Assembly (NCBI GenBank): GCA_965250285.1
Contig: OZ252299.1
Span: 6,016,001-6,080,000, forward strand
From: Myxococcota bacterium
GTDB lineage: Bacteria > Myxococcota_A > UBA9160 > UBA4427
Length of the DNA stretch: 64,000 nucleotides
Direction: 5' to 3'
Below are positions 62,993-64,000 of the stretch, piece after piece. How positions within the stretch are numbered: the stretch's first letter is position 1; every line of letters begins with the position of its first letter. Both the position numbers and the translations under genes were made by a program. The notes under the pieces are model-generated. The model was not told the origin of the DNA and did not search any database. It was given only the letters and a program-made list of their open reading frames with translations.

Positions 62993-63276
62993 GCAGATCG
63001 AGCAACATTCGCGGGGGGCAGGCTGCCTTCCGCACATCGATTCAACCCGAGAGACCCAAGGGTGCGTCCGGAGGCGGCGGCGCGCCGTCGTCTTCGTCGG
63101 CGGTGTCGGAGCTGCTCGGCTTCGATCCCGATGACATCGACCCCGAAGAGCTGCGCGACTTCATGGCGGCCGACTGGGTCGAGGTCAAGGCCGACCCGGG
63201 CTTTCGCGAGCGGCTGCGCGAACAGCTCTGGGACATGCTGCGCGCGCAGCAGCCGGGCGAATCCGAAGAAGACTGA
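62989..63276 (+). CDS. Small acidic soluble protein, candidate anti-sigma factor
   Basis: GTGA overlap with ECF2 stop; helical ELRDFM...ADPGFRERLREQLW. Confidence 0.55.
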   Translation: MSRSSNIRGGQAAFRTSIQPERPKGASGGGGAPSSSSAVSELLGFDPDDIDPEELRDFMAADWVEVKADPGFRERLREQLWDMLRAQQPGESEED

Positions 63277-63323
63277 AAAACCGACTGAGAAGGCCGACTG
63301 AGAAGGCCGACTCAGAAGTCGAC
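63271..63323 (+). repeat. 12-13 bp tandem repeat (GACTGAGAAGGCC-like), about 4 copies
   Basis: gactgaaaaacc / gactgagaaggcc / gactgagaaggcc / gactcagaagtc. Confidence 0.85.
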
Positions 63324-63416
63324 GGCTCGCTCGACCGGTCGGGAGCGCGACGCGATCGCTCGCCCGCCGGTTCCGCATTGGAAGCAGGACGAGGGGCGAA
63401 TTAGCCTCTGGCCGCG

Positions 63417-63998
63417 ATGCGCAACCCGATCCGCTTGAAGAACCTGAGGCCGCGTTTCTGGCCAGCCTTCGTGGCCGGCGCAGCCGCCCTCGCGCTGTCG
63501 TCGCCTTCGTCGATCAGCCTCTGGCTCGGCGTCCCCTTCGTCGCGGTCGGGGTCGCCGTGCGCACCTGGGGCGCGGGGCACCTGGTCAAGAACGACGAGT
63601 TCGTCTGCTCGGGACCCTACGCTCACGTGCGTCATCCGTTCTATCTCGGAACGCTCTGCATCGGGGTCGGCTTCGCCATCATGCTCGGCGGGCTGAGCGC
63701 CGTGGTGTCGCTCGCGATCCTGCTGCCATGGTTCTTCGGCATCTATTTCCCGCGCAAGGAGCGCATCGAAGCGGGTCGCTTGAGCGGCCTGTACGGCGAG
63801 GCCTTCGAGCGGTATCGCGATGCAGTGCCGGCGCTGTGGCCGATGCGTGCGGCGTACCCAGCCGGTGCTCCAGGCCGACCCGCCGTGCGGGTCGGTTGGA
63901 GCTGGGCCCGCTACGACCGGAACAACGAGCTGGGTACGTTGTTGGCGTGCCTGGCCGGGCTCACGGTCGTCGCGCTCTGGGCGATGAATGGTGGCTGA
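63417..63998 (+). CDS. Isoprenylcysteine carboxyl methyltransferase/PEMT family membrane protein
   Basis: GPYAHVRHPFYLG; E..RL..LYGEAFERY...VP. Confidence 0.85.
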   Translation: MRNPIRLKNLRPRFWPAFVAGAAALALSSPSSISLWLGVPFVAVGVAVRTWGAGHLVKNDEFVCSGPYAHVRHPFYLGTLCIGVGFAIMLGGLSAVVSLAILLPWFFGIYFPRKERIEAGRLSGLYGEAFERYRDAVPALWPMRAAYPAGAPGRPAVRVGWSWARYDRNNELGTLLACLAGLTVVALWAMNGG

Positions 63999-64000
63999 GG

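Overview
High-GC (visually about 70%) bacterial chromosomal window of core-genome character. Gene content (Tgl-like pilotin, TsaP-like LysM protein, accessory Hsp70/J module, recO-glyS-ppdK, dprA-trmFO-xerC-hslVU-argB) suggests a Myxococcota/deltaproteobacterial organism (inference). In order: (1) end of a polysaccharide locus (wecA-like, gmd, epimerase, ugd, manC) followed by Crp, an NtrC-type activator and a PrsT-like TPR protein; (2) LysM-dprA-trmFO-xerC-hslVU; (3) argB-argF...argG, preceded by a REC-GAF-GAF gene and interrupted by a four-gene module (J-domain protein, lidless Hsp70, TPR protein, PAS pseudokinase); (4) ABC1 kinase, DUF1329, YCF48-like, GGDEF, aspS; (5) lipid/redox genes including a sphingomyelin-synthase-like protein; (6) mdh-sucCD, fabH-like, korAB; (7) tgl-like operon, recO, glyS, and ppdK with a histone H1-like extension; (8) two tandem ECF sigma factors behind a sigma54 promoter and a GGA-rich leader. 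No rRNA, tRNA, CRISPR or transposase was recognised. Main leads: a fixed-spacing sigma28-like motif (CTCAR-N16-KCCGAT) in front of five pilus/competence/signalling units, the Hsp70 module, and the sigma54/GGA-leader/ECF-ECF locus. All family calls are by-eye motif recognition, not database searches.
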